Shown here: in pieces, positions 10,514-19,624 of the stretch
Position numbering within the stretch: the stretch's first letter is position 1
How the letters are laid out: each line of letters begins with the position of its first letter
Sequence record: DRR378314_1742
DNA length: 32,212 nucleotides
Strand: one strand, 5' to 3'
The notes under the pieces: generated by a model
The model's input: the letters and a program-made list of their open reading frames with translations, nothing else
Told to the model about the DNA's origin: nothing
Database searches by the model: none
Translations under genes and position numbers: made by a program

Positions 10514-10990
10514 TTACGTCAGGCGGGGAAACGCCCCTTTATAAAACAGTAAGGGGTCTTCCTCTGTGTGGGCTTCCACATTGGTGACACGGCAAATGAA
10601 GACTTTATGGTCCCCCGCCTCTTGAATGGCGTAGGTTTCACATTCAAGAACGGCAATACAGTTTTCAAAAACCGGTGCCCCGTTTTCTCCAATATTGTGG
10701 GAAACGCCATCGAACCGATCTTCAATGGGGGAGGCAAACCGCTCACATAAATTCATCTGCTCACTGCTGAGGATGTTGACGGCAAATTGGCCCGACTGAC
10801 TATATTCGTCACAATGGCTGCCCCCATGGCCCAAGCTGAACAAAATCAGCGGCGGCTCCAGAGACACAGAACTGAACGAATTCACGGTGACGCCCATAGG
10901 CTCCCCCGCCCCGCTCATTGAAGTAACAACGCTTACACCTGTCGCAAAACACCCGAGAGCATCTCTGAACTGCCGATCATCAAAAGTCAT
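10514..10990 (-). CDS. Flavin reductase family protein (HpaC/RutF-like)
   Basis: FRDALGCFATGVSVVT, GVTVNSFSSVSLEPPL, AGDH and PLLFYKG. An alternative TTG start lies at 11002. Confidence 0.93.
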   Translation of the reverse strand: MTFDDRQFRDALGCFATGVSVVTSMSGAGEPMGVTVNSFSSVSLEPPLILFSLGHGGSHCDEYSQSGQFAVNILSSEQMNLCERFASPIEDRFDGVSHNIGENGAPVFENCIAVLECETYAIQEAGDHKVFICRVTNVEAHTEEDPLLFYKGAFPRLT

Positions 10991-11154
10991 TTGTCTTTGC
11001 AAATCTTATTTCATCCATCAAAATTGGGCGCAGCTTCCCACAGCTGGCATCCAAAATCATCTATTTTTTTCCGGCGCTCAGATCCGATCTCCTTATGCAC
11101 TTAGCTTAACGTATAGGTCCACCCGCTTGTCAATTTTTGATGCGGCTCGGAGTT

Positions 11155-11197
11155 ATGGTTAAAAACTTCGGCAAATTGCACACTGTTTATTAACCAA
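11155..11197. promoter_or_regulatory. Two CtrA half-site-like motifs upstream of motA
   Basis: ATGGTTAA (11155-11162, reverse complement of TTAACCAT) and TTAACCAA (11190-11197). Confidence 0.4.
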
Positions 11198-11253
11198 ATT
11201 CATCGCAATATCCCAACGCTAGAGAATGAATATGCAACAAAGGTTGTTTGGGG

Positions 11254-12111
11254 ATGTTTTGGATTATTGGTGTTGTCGTTGTATTTGGCTCAGTCGCTGG
11301 GGGGTATCTGCCGCATGGTGAAGCTAGTGTCTTATTCCAACCACTTGAATACCTGATTATTCTGGGTGCCGGGATCGGCGCTTTCCTCCAAGGAAACCCG
11401 AAATGGGTTATTTTTGGGACCCTGGCCAACATGGGTGCCCTCTTCAAAGGGGCCCCTTATGACAAAAAAGCCTATTCTGAATTGCTGACGTTGATGTATG
11501 CAATTTTCAAGCTGGCCAAGACAAAAGGCATGATCGCACTTGAGCCGCATATTGAGAACCCCAAAGACAGCGCCCTCTTTCAAAATTTTCCTTCTTTCAC
11601 CAAGAATCACCACGCCATGGATTTCATGTGTGATTACCTTCGGTTAATGACCATGGGAACAGAAAACCCCCATGAGATGGAAAACCTGATGGATCAGGAT
11701 CTGGAAACCCATCACCATGAACATCATGCGATGGCAGCAGCCGTGACCACACTGGGTGAAGCCCTGCCAGCGTTCGGTATTGTGGCCGCGGTGTTGGGTG
11801 TGATTGTGACCATGGGCTCGATCGCTGAGCCACCTGAAGTTCTGGGTGGGTTGATCGGTGCGGCCCTGGTGGGTACATTTTTTGGCATTCTGATCGCCTA
11901 TGGCCTGTTCGCGCCAATTGGCACAAACCTTCAGCAGTATTTTGAAGCAGATGGCAAATACTACGAATGCATGAAGCAGGGTTTGTTGGCTCATCTGCAG
12001 GGTTATGCCCCTGCCGTATCAGTCGAGTTTGCGCGAAAAGTCCTCTATAGTCATGAGCGCCCAAGCTTTACCGAGGTTGAAGAAGCCTGCAATAACGCTC
12101 CGAATGTGTAA
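11254..12111 (+). CDS. motA: Flagellar motor stator protein MotA
   Basis: QPLEYLIILGAGIG, GMIALEPHIENP, LPAFGIVAAVLGVI, IGAALVGTFFGIL and AVSVEFARK. ATG 11254 preferred over TTG 11248. Confidence 0.96.
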   Translation: MFWIIGVVVVFGSVAGGYLPHGEASVLFQPLEYLIILGAGIGAFLQGNPKWVIFGTLANMGALFKGAPYDKKAYSELLTLMYAIFKLAKTKGMIALEPHIENPKDSALFQNFPSFTKNHHAMDFMCDYLRLMTMGTENPHEMENLMDQDLETHHHEHHAMAAAVTTLGEALPAFGIVAAVLGVIVTMGSIAEPPEVLGGLIGAALVGTFFGILIAYGLFAPIGTNLQQYFEADGKYYECMKQGLLAHLQGYAPAVSVEFARKVLYSHERPSFTEVEEACNNAPNV

Positions 12112-12136
12112 GACAGCCCTGGACGGATAACAGAGA

Positions 12137-13027
12137 ATGTCTGACGAAAAAGCGCCCATAATTGTCAAAAAAATCAAAAAAGCCGGCCACGGTCACCATG
12201 GTGGGGCCTGGAAGGTTGCCTATGCTGACTTTGTGACAGCCATGATGGCTTTTTTCCTGTTGCTTTGGCTGTTGAATGTGACCGATGCCGTCCAGAAACA
12301 GGGAATTTCAGACTATTTCTCCCCGACAGTAGCCAGTTCCAGTGAATCTGGAGCTGGTGGCGTTCTGGGGGGCACCAGTATGCAGTCGGAAGGCGCAATG
12401 GTATCCAACACAGGAACCCCGTCAGTTGTGTCCAGTATTTCACCTCCAGAGGAAGGCTCCAAGGATGATGCCGCTGAGGATGGAAAGAGTGAAATTGACG
12501 AAGCAGAGTTTCTGGAACGCCTGGCAGCGTTGGAAGAGTCCAGTTTTGAAGACACACGGGCGGAAATTCGGGCCGCCATTGCCAATGATCCAGAAATGGC
12601 AGGCCTGGAAGACAATATTATCATTGATATGACCCCAGAAGGTTTGCGCATTCAAATTGTTGATCAGTACGATGAAAGCATGTTTGAACCGGGCAGTGTC
12701 CAAATCAAACCTCGGATCAAGAAACTTATGGGCAAGATTGTGAAATCCATCGCCCATCTGCCGAATAATCTTGCCATTGATGGTCATACTGACAGTTCAG
12801 GTTTCAACCAGTCAGACTATTCAAACTGGGAATTATCCTCCGACCGGGCCAATTCGAGCCGACGGGCTTTGGTGGAGGTTGGGCTTGATCCGGAACGCAT
12901 TGAACGGATTTCAGGAAAAGCCGATACCGAACCGATGATCATCGATGATCCCTCCAATCCCGGAAATAGACGGATCAGTTTAACCCTGCTTCGAGAGACG
13001 CCAGTCCTGCCGCCAAACCTGAAATAG
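12137..13027 (+). CDS. motB: Flagellar motor stator protein MotB
   Basis: HGGAWKVAYADFVTAMMAFFLLLWL (ion-binding Asp) and an OmpA-like domain with GHTD, NWELSSDRA and NRRI. Confidence 0.97.
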   Translation: MSDEKAPIIVKKIKKAGHGHHGGAWKVAYADFVTAMMAFFLLLWLLNVTDAVQKQGISDYFSPTVASSSESGAGGVLGGTSMQSEGAMVSNTGTPSVVSSISPPEEGSKDDAAEDGKSEIDEAEFLERLAALEESSFEDTRAEIRAAIANDPEMAGLEDNIIIDMTPEGLRIQIVDQYDESMFEPGSVQIKPRIKKLMGKIVKSIAHLPNNLAIDGHTDSSGFNQSDYSNWELSSDRANSSRRALVEVGLDPERIERISGKADTEPMIIDDPSNPGNRRISLTLLRETPVLPPNLK

Positions 13028-13124
13028 GCTATACGAAGCGCTGTTAAGCTTCTGCTTGCCCGGATCAACTCCAGCCTTTACGGTCAGAACGTGTAGTTTC
13101 CGAACTGATTAAATGAGGCGAGAG

Positions 13125-13919
13125 ATGCAATCCATTAAAACTCTTGGTGTCATTGGCGGGACAGGTGAACTTGGAAGTTCACTGATACGCGGGTTTCTGG
13201 AGGCGGGTGTAATCCTCCCGGAAAATTTATGGGTTTCCAATAGATCTGGCCAAAATGACAGTCTGCAGGCATGGCCGAACCTTAATTTCACCACAGATAA
13301 TCAGTTCCTTGTGGATCACGCAGACATCATTATTCTTTCGGTTCCGCCGGCCCTATTTGCCAACCTGAGAGTGGCTGCTGCGGACAAATTGATCATTTCC
13401 GTGATGGCAGGTGTTTCCAGCGCCCAAATTGCCGATCAAACCGGAGCGGCGCGAATTGTCAAAGCGATTTCCAATCCGGCAGCGCATTTGGGTTATGCCT
13501 ATTCGGCCTATTATGCCCCATCGGATCTATCCCAGGCTGACCGCGATCAAATTGAATTGCTGTTTTCTTCCTGTGGCATCGTGGATCAAGTGATGAGCGA
13601 GGATCATGTAGATCGCTTCACAGCCATGACCGGTCCGGTTCCGGGTTATGTCGCCTATTTTGCCGATGCCCTCTCCCAATATGCACAAAAACAGGGCATT
13701 CCCGAAGCTGTAGCCAATCGGGCCGTACGCCAGCTTTTTGCAGGCAGTGGCCGCATTTTCGAAAGTTCGGAAAAAGCGCCGGGCACCATGGTGCAGGACA
13801 TGATTGATTATGCTGGCACGACCGCGGCAGGTCTGAATGCCCTGAAATCAACACCACTTGTGGAGGAGATCCATAAAGGGGTTGAAGCCGCTTACCAGCG
13901 AACCAAAACGATCGGCTAA
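13125..13919 (+). CDS. Divergent pyrroline-5-carboxylate reductase family protein
   Basis: Rossmann GVIGGTGELG, ISVMAGV, TAMTGPVPGYVAYF and GTTAAGL. Several canonical ProC motifs are altered. Alternative start at 13113. Confidence 0.85.
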   Translation: MQSIKTLGVIGGTGELGSSLIRGFLEAGVILPENLWVSNRSGQNDSLQAWPNLNFTTDNQFLVDHADIIILSVPPALFANLRVAAADKLIISVMAGVSSAQIADQTGAARIVKAISNPAAHLGYAYSAYYAPSDLSQADRDQIELLFSSCGIVDQVMSEDHVDRFTAMTGPVPGYVAYFADALSQYAQKQGIPEAVANRAVRQLFAGSGRIFESSEKAPGTMVQDMIDYAGTTAAGLNALKSTPLVEEIHKGVEAAYQRTKTIG

Positions 13920-13925
13920 CAGGCT

Positions 13926-14690
13926 TCACATTTTCCAGATCAGCAGCTTCGTTTGCCGGCCATCTTTTACCGATACCGTGCGCGTCGGTTTGTGCCCCGG
14001 CACCTTGAAACTATTGCTGATAAACAGGCTGCCCGGTTTCATTTGAGTTTTGGCCTTTTCATATAGTTTTGCCATGGGAACCGGTGATAAAAAACAGTAG
14101 ACCACATCATATTCAGACAGATCCGCCGACCAGAGACTTTGGATTTTAAGGTGAACATTTTTCTGTCGGTTCAACAGGACCCGCAACCAGGACAAACCAT
14201 AGGGAATGGGGGCAGTTTCATATCCAACACAGGTTACATCTGGCCTTTCAAAAGCAACTCCCCTAAGCGTTGTTGCAAGGCCACTGCCCAAATCCGCAAA
14301 TCGAACTCCGTCTTTTTTAGGGATCAGCTCCAATAGCTGCTGCGTTGTCTGGCTATTCGTCAGATAGAGCGGAACCCGGTTAATCACCACATTCCAGAAG
14401 ACCAGCGCCAGGACAACCAGAATAATCGGATAAATCCACAGCGGAATGTCATATTGCAGCCCAACGAAAATACAGAACGGAAAGATCAGCTGGATGATGG
14501 CCCACCAGTAAGATTGCCGGAATATTAAAGATCCGGCGCCCGCAAGTAATCCTTGCAAAACCAGCTTTGCAAACACCGGAATCAGCAATCCAACAGTTTG
14601 CTGCAAAACGGGGAGCGTCGCAAATAATATAGCAAAAGATGCCGCTTGTAAGAGAGCAGCGAGAAAGATTGGCGGAATATTAAAGTTCAT
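13926..14690 (-). CDS. Membrane-anchored class I SAM-dependent methyltransferase
   Basis: About 100 hydrophobic N-terminal residues (3-4 TM), then VPLYLT, FADLGSG (motif I) and YDVVYCFLSPVPM...MKPGSLFISNSF. Confidence 0.85.
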   Translation of the reverse strand: MNFNIPPIFLAALLQAASFAILFATLPVLQQTVGLLIPVFAKLVLQGLLAGAGSLIFRQSYWWAIIQLIFPFCIFVGLQYDIPLWIYPIILVVLALVFWNVVINRVPLYLTNSQTTQQLLELIPKKDGVRFADLGSGLATTLRGVAFERPDVTCVGYETAPIPYGLSWLRVLLNRQKNVHLKIQSLWSADLSEYDVVYCFLSPVPMAKLYEKAKTQMKPGSLFISNSFKVPGHKPTRTVSVKDGRQTKLLIWKM

Positions 14691-14762
14691 TATTTTTCAG
14701 AATTTTGATGAGTATACTTAAATTCAATTCTTAATATATTCCAGATCATTTCCGTCAATTTC

Positions 14763-14790
14763 CTTGAACCGCATTAGAAACCTACCATTT
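14763..14790 (+). promoter_or_regulatory. Possible RpoH (sigma32)-type promoter of the RDD gene
   Basis: CTTGAA (14763-14768), 14 nt, TACCATTT (14783-14790) resembles CTTGAA-N13-15-CCCCATNT. Confidence 0.4.
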
Positions 14791-14846
14791 AATGATTAAC
14801 AACTATAGGCAATCATGTTCAGGCTGCAAACGAAGGATCAATAAGT

Positions 14847-15350
14847 TTGGCTTCTAATCAGGACTCTTCAATCCAACTGACCTCCCTTAAGGGGGAAGAG
14901 TCAGAGGGAATAGGCTCAAATTCCCGATCCAATAACTATGACGGCATTCGCTTCAAGCGTCTTGTTGCCTATGTTATTGACGTTGTGGTTATTGCCTGCA
15001 TTGGCTTTGTCGCCACAATCATTGCCACCCTGATGGGAATTGTAACCCTTGGATTGTTATCCCCTATTCTGGCGATCGGCCTGGCGCTTGTGCCGCTGGC
15101 CTATCACACGCTTACCATCGGGAGTGAGTGGAACGCCACTGTAGGGATGCGGGTAATGGGTGTCGAAGTTTATCTGCACAACGGCAAACAGCCCGATTAC
15201 CTGACCGCTTTCCTGCATTCTGGACTATTCTATGCGTCAATGGCGCTAACGGCCTCGTGGATTTTGCTGGTTTCCCTGTTTAACCCCAGGGGGCGCTTGC
15301 TGCATGATTACCTCACATCCAGTGGCGTGCGCTGCTCCAGCATCTCCTAA
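14847..15350 (+). CDS. RDD family membrane protein
   Basis: KRLVAYVID, ATVGMRVMGV and RGRLLHDYL supply the conserved R, D and D residues; TTG start after AAGGA. Confidence 0.9.
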   Translation: MASNQDSSIQLTSLKGEESEGIGSNSRSNNYDGIRFKRLVAYVIDVVVIACIGFVATIIATLMGIVTLGLLSPILAIGLALVPLAYHTLTIGSEWNATVGMRVMGVEVYLHNGKQPDYLTAFLHSGLFYASMALTASWILLVSLFNPRGRLLHDYLTSSGVRCSSIS

Positions 15351-16615
15351 AGCATATCTTTCAGCCGGTTCCAAAACAGGACCAAATGATATAATGGCAC
15401 CTGCAGTGCCTTGCTTCTGGGAACTTTCTTGTGGGGTATTCGGTCGAACACATCGAACCGGCTTAGGTGACCGCCAACAGCCTCTGCCAGGATGCGGCTG
15501 ACGATAGCTGACAGGGGAACCCCCTGCCCTGAATATCCATGCGCATAAAACACATTCGATTGCAACCGCCCCAGATCTGGTAATCGCTGACGCGTAATGG
15601 AAAGCAAGCCACTCCAGAAATACTCAATTTTGACATCCTCAAGCATGGGAAAGGTTTTGAGCATGTTCTGGCGCACTGCATTCTTTTGCAGGGACGAGCG
15701 ACCAAAAGAAAAATCCTGCCCCCCGTATATCAGACGTGTATCAGATCCCATCTTGAAATAATCCAGATCAAAATAGGTATCGGCAACACAGGCCGTGGTA
15801 TTCATCAGGCTGGCCGCTCTGTCCTGACCAAGCGGCTCGGTTGCCAGAATACTGCTTTTTAGCGGCACCATACGGTTGGTAAGTGTGGGCGCCAGGCCAG
15901 ATAAATAGGCATTTCCGGCCAGAATTAAACTGTCAGCAATAACCCGGCCGTTCGCTGTGTGAACAATAATCTGGTGGCCGCCTGAATAGGAAATCGCCGC
16001 GGAGTTTTCAAAAATTTGCCCCCCATTCCCAGCCACGGCGTCGGCCAGGCCAAGCAGATAATTCAACGGGTGAAGATGACCACCTTCCAAATCCAGAAGC
16101 GCGCCCTTATACCGGTTTCCCGCAAGGGCTTTCCTCATCCCCTGCTCATCGGTCCAGCGATAGTGCGGATAATCGTAGGACGTTTCGACGAATTCTTTTT
16201 CTGCCAATAACCAGTTTAAATGAGATTGGTTCGGACCTGCATAATACTCCCCCCACTGAAAGTCACAATCGATCGAATGCTCCTGCAGCCGGGCGTGCAA
16301 TATCTTCTTGGCTTCCTCTGAAAACTGCCATAGCAGGGCGGCATCTTCTACTCCGACAATTCGGGCGGTTTCCATCATTCCGGCCGAATAACCTGAAGCC
16401 ACCTGCCCACCATTTCGGCCCGAGGCGCCATGCCCGATCTCAGCAGCCTCCAGAACCGTGACCTTAAAACCTTTGGCCTGCAATTCCAGCGCTGTGCCAA
16501 GGCCTGTGAACCCCCCGCCGATTATGCAAATATCGGTTTTGATGTCCCCATGGAGTTCGCAAAAGGAAAGGAACCGATTTGCTGTCGCCATATAATAATT
16601 TGTGTGTTTTTTCAC
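15347..16615 (-). CDS. FAD-dependent oxidoreductase, gamma-glutamylputrescine oxidase (PuuB/OrdL)-like
   Basis: DICIIGGGFTGLGTALEL, GASGRNGGQ, GHLHPLNY and AHGYSGQGV; GTG start after GGAG. Its stop overlaps the RDD stop. Confidence 0.9.
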   Translation of the reverse strand: MKKHTNYYMATANRFLSFCELHGDIKTDICIIGGGFTGLGTALELQAKGFKVTVLEAAEIGHGASGRNGGQVASGYSAGMMETARIVGVEDAALLWQFSEEAKKILHARLQEHSIDCDFQWGEYYAGPNQSHLNWLLAEKEFVETSYDYPHYRWTDEQGMRKALAGNRYKGALLDLEGGHLHPLNYLLGLADAVAGNGGQIFENSAAISYSGGHQIIVHTANGRVIADSLILAGNAYLSGLAPTLTNRMVPLKSSILATEPLGQDRAASLMNTTACVADTYFDLDYFKMGSDTRLIYGGQDFSFGRSSLQKNAVRQNMLKTFPMLEDVKIEYFWSGLLSITRQRLPDLGRLQSNVFYAHGYSGQGVPLSAIVSRILAEAVGGHLSRFDVFDRIPHKKVPRSKALQVPLYHLVLFWNRLKDML

Positions 16616-16766
16616 AGAAACTCCGTTTCCAACTGACAGTGACGCCAGTTGGCATCAACTAGCCAGCCACAACACTTCATGCTATGACCAAACCATAGAC
16701 ACAAGATATAACTTGGTAACATCAGTAACTTAAATCGTAACAACAAAGTGGCAGATCAGCTGACCA

Positions 16767-18617
16767 ATGATTGAAACCCAACTTCACATGTGGCTCGTAT
16801 TTGCATTCATTCTTGTTGCAATGATCGCATTTGCCAGTGAACGAATTGAGCTGGAAATCTCATCAGTCTCTGTTATTTCCGGCTTACTGCTGCTCTTCTA
16901 TCTGTATCCGCTGAGCGATAACAGCGGAAATGCAATTCTTTCAGCATCAGGTATCCTTGCAGGTCTTGCAGATCCCGCCTTGATAACTGTTCTCTGTTTG
17001 CTGGTTGTTGGTCAGGGTATTGTCCGAACCGGAGCGCTGGAAAAGCCGATCCGCTTTATTGTTGCGCTGCGCCGGCATCATCCCTTTATGGCCATTGCCG
17101 TTGTTTTGACGACCGTTCTTGCGACCAGCGCGTTTATGAACAACACACCGGTAGTGGTTATCTTCATACCGCTTATGACAGCGCTGGCGGAACGGCTTAA
17201 CAAGCCCACATCGTCGGTCATGCTGCCGCTCAGCTATGTTTCAATCTTGGGCGGTATGACCACGCTTATCGGATCTTCGACCAACCTGCTTGTTTCTGCC
17301 TCTGCAGAACATGCAGGGCTCGCCCCCATCAGTTTTTTTGATTTTTCCATCCCCGGCCTTGTACTCGCGACTGTTGGGCTTTTGTATGCCTTATTCGTCA
17401 TCCCCCGCATATTGCCTAATCGAGAAGCCATCACGGATGGCACCTCCACCCTTTCTGGCAAGCAATTCATTGTGCAACTGGAAATATCGGCAGACAGCCC
17501 GCTGGTTGGGGAAGAACCTGTCGCAGGACAGTTTCCCAGCCTTCGCAACATCACCATTCGCTTCATTCAGCGCGATGAAAAGCTTCTGCTCCCACCATTT
17601 GACGACCTGATGTTGCGTCCAGGCGATTCGGTGGTCTTTGCGGGAACCCGTAAATCCCTGACCGATGCCTTTGCAGATAACCCCCAATTGTTAAGTGATT
17701 TTCTGGATATTGAGGATAATTCCCTTGAGGACAGCGCCACGGGTCAAATCGAGAAGGATCAGATGGTTGCAGAAGTTGTCATCGCGCCGGCCTCAAGGAT
17801 GATTGGCCGGGCACTGCATCAGATTAATTTTCGCTACAGAACCCAATGTGTTGTTCTTGGTATTCAACGCCGCTCGCGCATGATCCGGACAAGCCGCATG
17901 ACGGATATCCGGCTGGAGGCTGGCGATGTTCTGTTGTTGATGGGGAGCCGGCTCAATATGACCCGGTTGAGAAACAACCCTGATGTTCTGCTTTTGGAAT
18001 GGTCAACCCGCGAACTCCCTGCCCTGGCGATGGCCATGCGGGCTCGTCTGATTTTTGGAGCCGTAGTTTTAACCGCAGCCTCTGGCCTGCTCCCCATTGT
18101 TGTTGCCGCTATCGCAGGTGCAACAGCCATGGTTGCGTCCGGATGCCTCAATGTACATCAGGCAAGCCGTGCCATTGACCGACGAATTGTCATGCTGATC
18201 TGGGCCGCACTGGCGCTTGGTACGGCAATGCAGGCAACTGGCGGCGCAATATTCCTGGCAGAATCGCTCGTCAATATTCTGGCCGGAGCACCTGTTGCGG
18301 TTATCCTGTCCTGTTTCTTTTTGCTTGTGGCGGTTCTTACGAATGTACTCAGCAACAATGCCACCGCTGTGCTTTTCACCCCGGTTGGTATTGGAATTGC
18401 GACCACGTTGAATGTCGACCCCATGGTCTTCGTCATCGCGGTGTTACTGGCCGCAAACTGCTCTTTCGCCACTCCGATGGGGTACCAGACAAATTTGCTG
18501 GTTATGGGCCCTGGACATTACCGATTCTTAGATTTTGTTCGGGCGGGAGCCCCTCTTGTTATCATTCTTTGGCTCGTTTTCTCAATTTTTGCCCCTATTT
18601 ATTATAGCTTAGTATAA
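16767..18617 (+). CDS. SLC13/DASS family permease with two TrkA-C (RCK_C) domains
   Basis: SAFMNNTPVV, GGMTTLIGSSTNLLV, two central RCK_C-like repeats (SPLVGE..LRPGD; SRMIGR..LEAGD), SNNATAVL and ATPMGYQTNL. Confidence 0.93.
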   Translation: MIETQLHMWLVFAFILVAMIAFASERIELEISSVSVISGLLLLFYLYPLSDNSGNAILSASGILAGLADPALITVLCLLVVGQGIVRTGALEKPIRFIVALRRHHPFMAIAVVLTTVLATSAFMNNTPVVVIFIPLMTALAERLNKPTSSVMLPLSYVSILGGMTTLIGSSTNLLVSASAEHAGLAPISFFDFSIPGLVLATVGLLYALFVIPRILPNREAITDGTSTLSGKQFIVQLEISADSPLVGEEPVAGQFPSLRNITIRFIQRDEKLLLPPFDDLMLRPGDSVVFAGTRKSLTDAFADNPQLLSDFLDIEDNSLEDSATGQIEKDQMVAEVVIAPASRMIGRALHQINFRYRTQCVVLGIQRRSRMIRTSRMTDIRLEAGDVLLLMGSRLNMTRLRNNPDVLLLEWSTRELPALAMAMRARLIFGAVVLTAASGLLPIVVAAIAGATAMVASGCLNVHQASRAIDRRIVMLIWAALALGTAMQATGGAIFLAESLVNILAGAPVAVILSCFFLLVAVLTNVLSNNATAVLFTPVGIGIATTLNVDPMVFVIAVLLAANCSFATPMGYQTNLLVMGPGHYRFLDFVRAGAPLVIILWLVFSIFAPIYYSLV

Positions 18618-18717
18618 ATTTTTTAGGATTTGCTGAGATAAGCTCTAACATTAGAGTCTAGTCTGCTTATTCATAGACTGTTAGAGAAACCCAAATCGCG
18701 ATTTTTAATGTAGATCA

Positions 18718-19437
18718 ATGAAACGAGTTGAAATTCCATCCCGGTTCTTTTTTTCGACACCGCCAACGCCGTGTCCCTATCTGCATGGGAAATTGGAGAA
18801 AAAAATTGTTACGCTGCTAGCGGGAAAAGATCCAGACGATCTGCACAACACGCTTAGCTTGGCGGGTTTTCGTAGAAGTCAGGATTTAGCCTATCGCCCG
18901 GCCTGTGACGATTGTAATGCCTGCACGCCAATCCGGGTTCTGGCAAAATCCTTTACCGTCAAAAAGTCCTTTCGCCGAATTTTAAATGCCAACTCTGATC
19001 TGAGTAGCCGCGAGCTTCCAGCCGTCGCCACTGAAGAGCATTTCAGACTTTTTCAAAGTTATCTAAAATCCCGACATTCAGATGGCGGTATGTCTGATAT
19101 GCATTTTGCCGATTATCAGGCGATGGTCGAAGATAGCCCTGTTTCAACGCAACTCACTGAATTTCGCCACACCAGCGGAGAGCTTTATGCAGTGTGCCTG
19201 ACGGATCGCATGTCAGATGGTCTTTCCCTCGTCTATAGTTACTTCGACCCCACCCTGAAAAAACGAAGCCTGGGAACTTACCTGGTTCTTTGGCATATTC
19301 AGCAGGCTCAAAAAATGGGACACCCCCACGTCTATCTTGGATACTGGATTTCCGAGAGTCCGAAAATGTCTTACAAAACGCGTTTTCAACCTGCGGAAAT
19401 ACTAACAAAAGAAGGGTGGAAACTTTACGCCCCGTGA
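18718..19437 (+). CDS. bpt: Aspartate/glutamate leucyltransferase (ATE1-like, often annotated arginyltransferase)
   Basis: PCPYL, GFRRSQ, YRPACDDCNAC, RHSDGGM, DGLSLVYSYFDP, SLGTY and YLGYWI..SPKMSYK. Confidence 0.95.
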   Translation: MKRVEIPSRFFFSTPPTPCPYLHGKLEKKIVTLLAGKDPDDLHNTLSLAGFRRSQDLAYRPACDDCNACTPIRVLAKSFTVKKSFRRILNANSDLSSRELPAVATEEHFRLFQSYLKSRHSDGGMSDMHFADYQAMVEDSPVSTQLTEFRHTSGELYAVCLTDRMSDGLSLVYSYFDPTLKKRSLGTYLVLWHIQQAQKMGHPHVYLGYWISESPKMSYKTRFQPAEILTKEGWKLYAP

Positions 19438-19440
19438 GTC

Positions 19441-19478
19441 TGCTTAAATTTTAAGCAAAAAAATGCATAACTTATGCA
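19441..19478. promoter_or_regulatory. Tandem palindromes upstream of the TRAP operon, putative TF sites
   Basis: TGCTTAAA-T-TTTAAGCA (19441-19457) and TGCATAA-C-TTATGCA (19464-19478). Confidence 0.55.
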
Positions 19479-19624
19479 CTTCAAGGCCACTAACCAGTTG
19501 CCTTTCAATTCATTAATTTTATACTCTGTTTCCGAAAGGCGGTGTCAAGTAGTGTGTCCGCCTTGAAGTTCGGTGCTGTTTTAACAGGGTAGTGCTGGCT
19601 TCTATTTACAGGGAGAAAATATTT

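Noticed and set aside
11254..13027. motAB as a Zorya ZorAB anti-phage system or an ExbBD/TolQR motor
   Set aside because: MotA is normal length with no long ZorA tail, MotB has the canonical WKVAYADF and OmpA-like domain, and no zorC/D/E neighbours are present.
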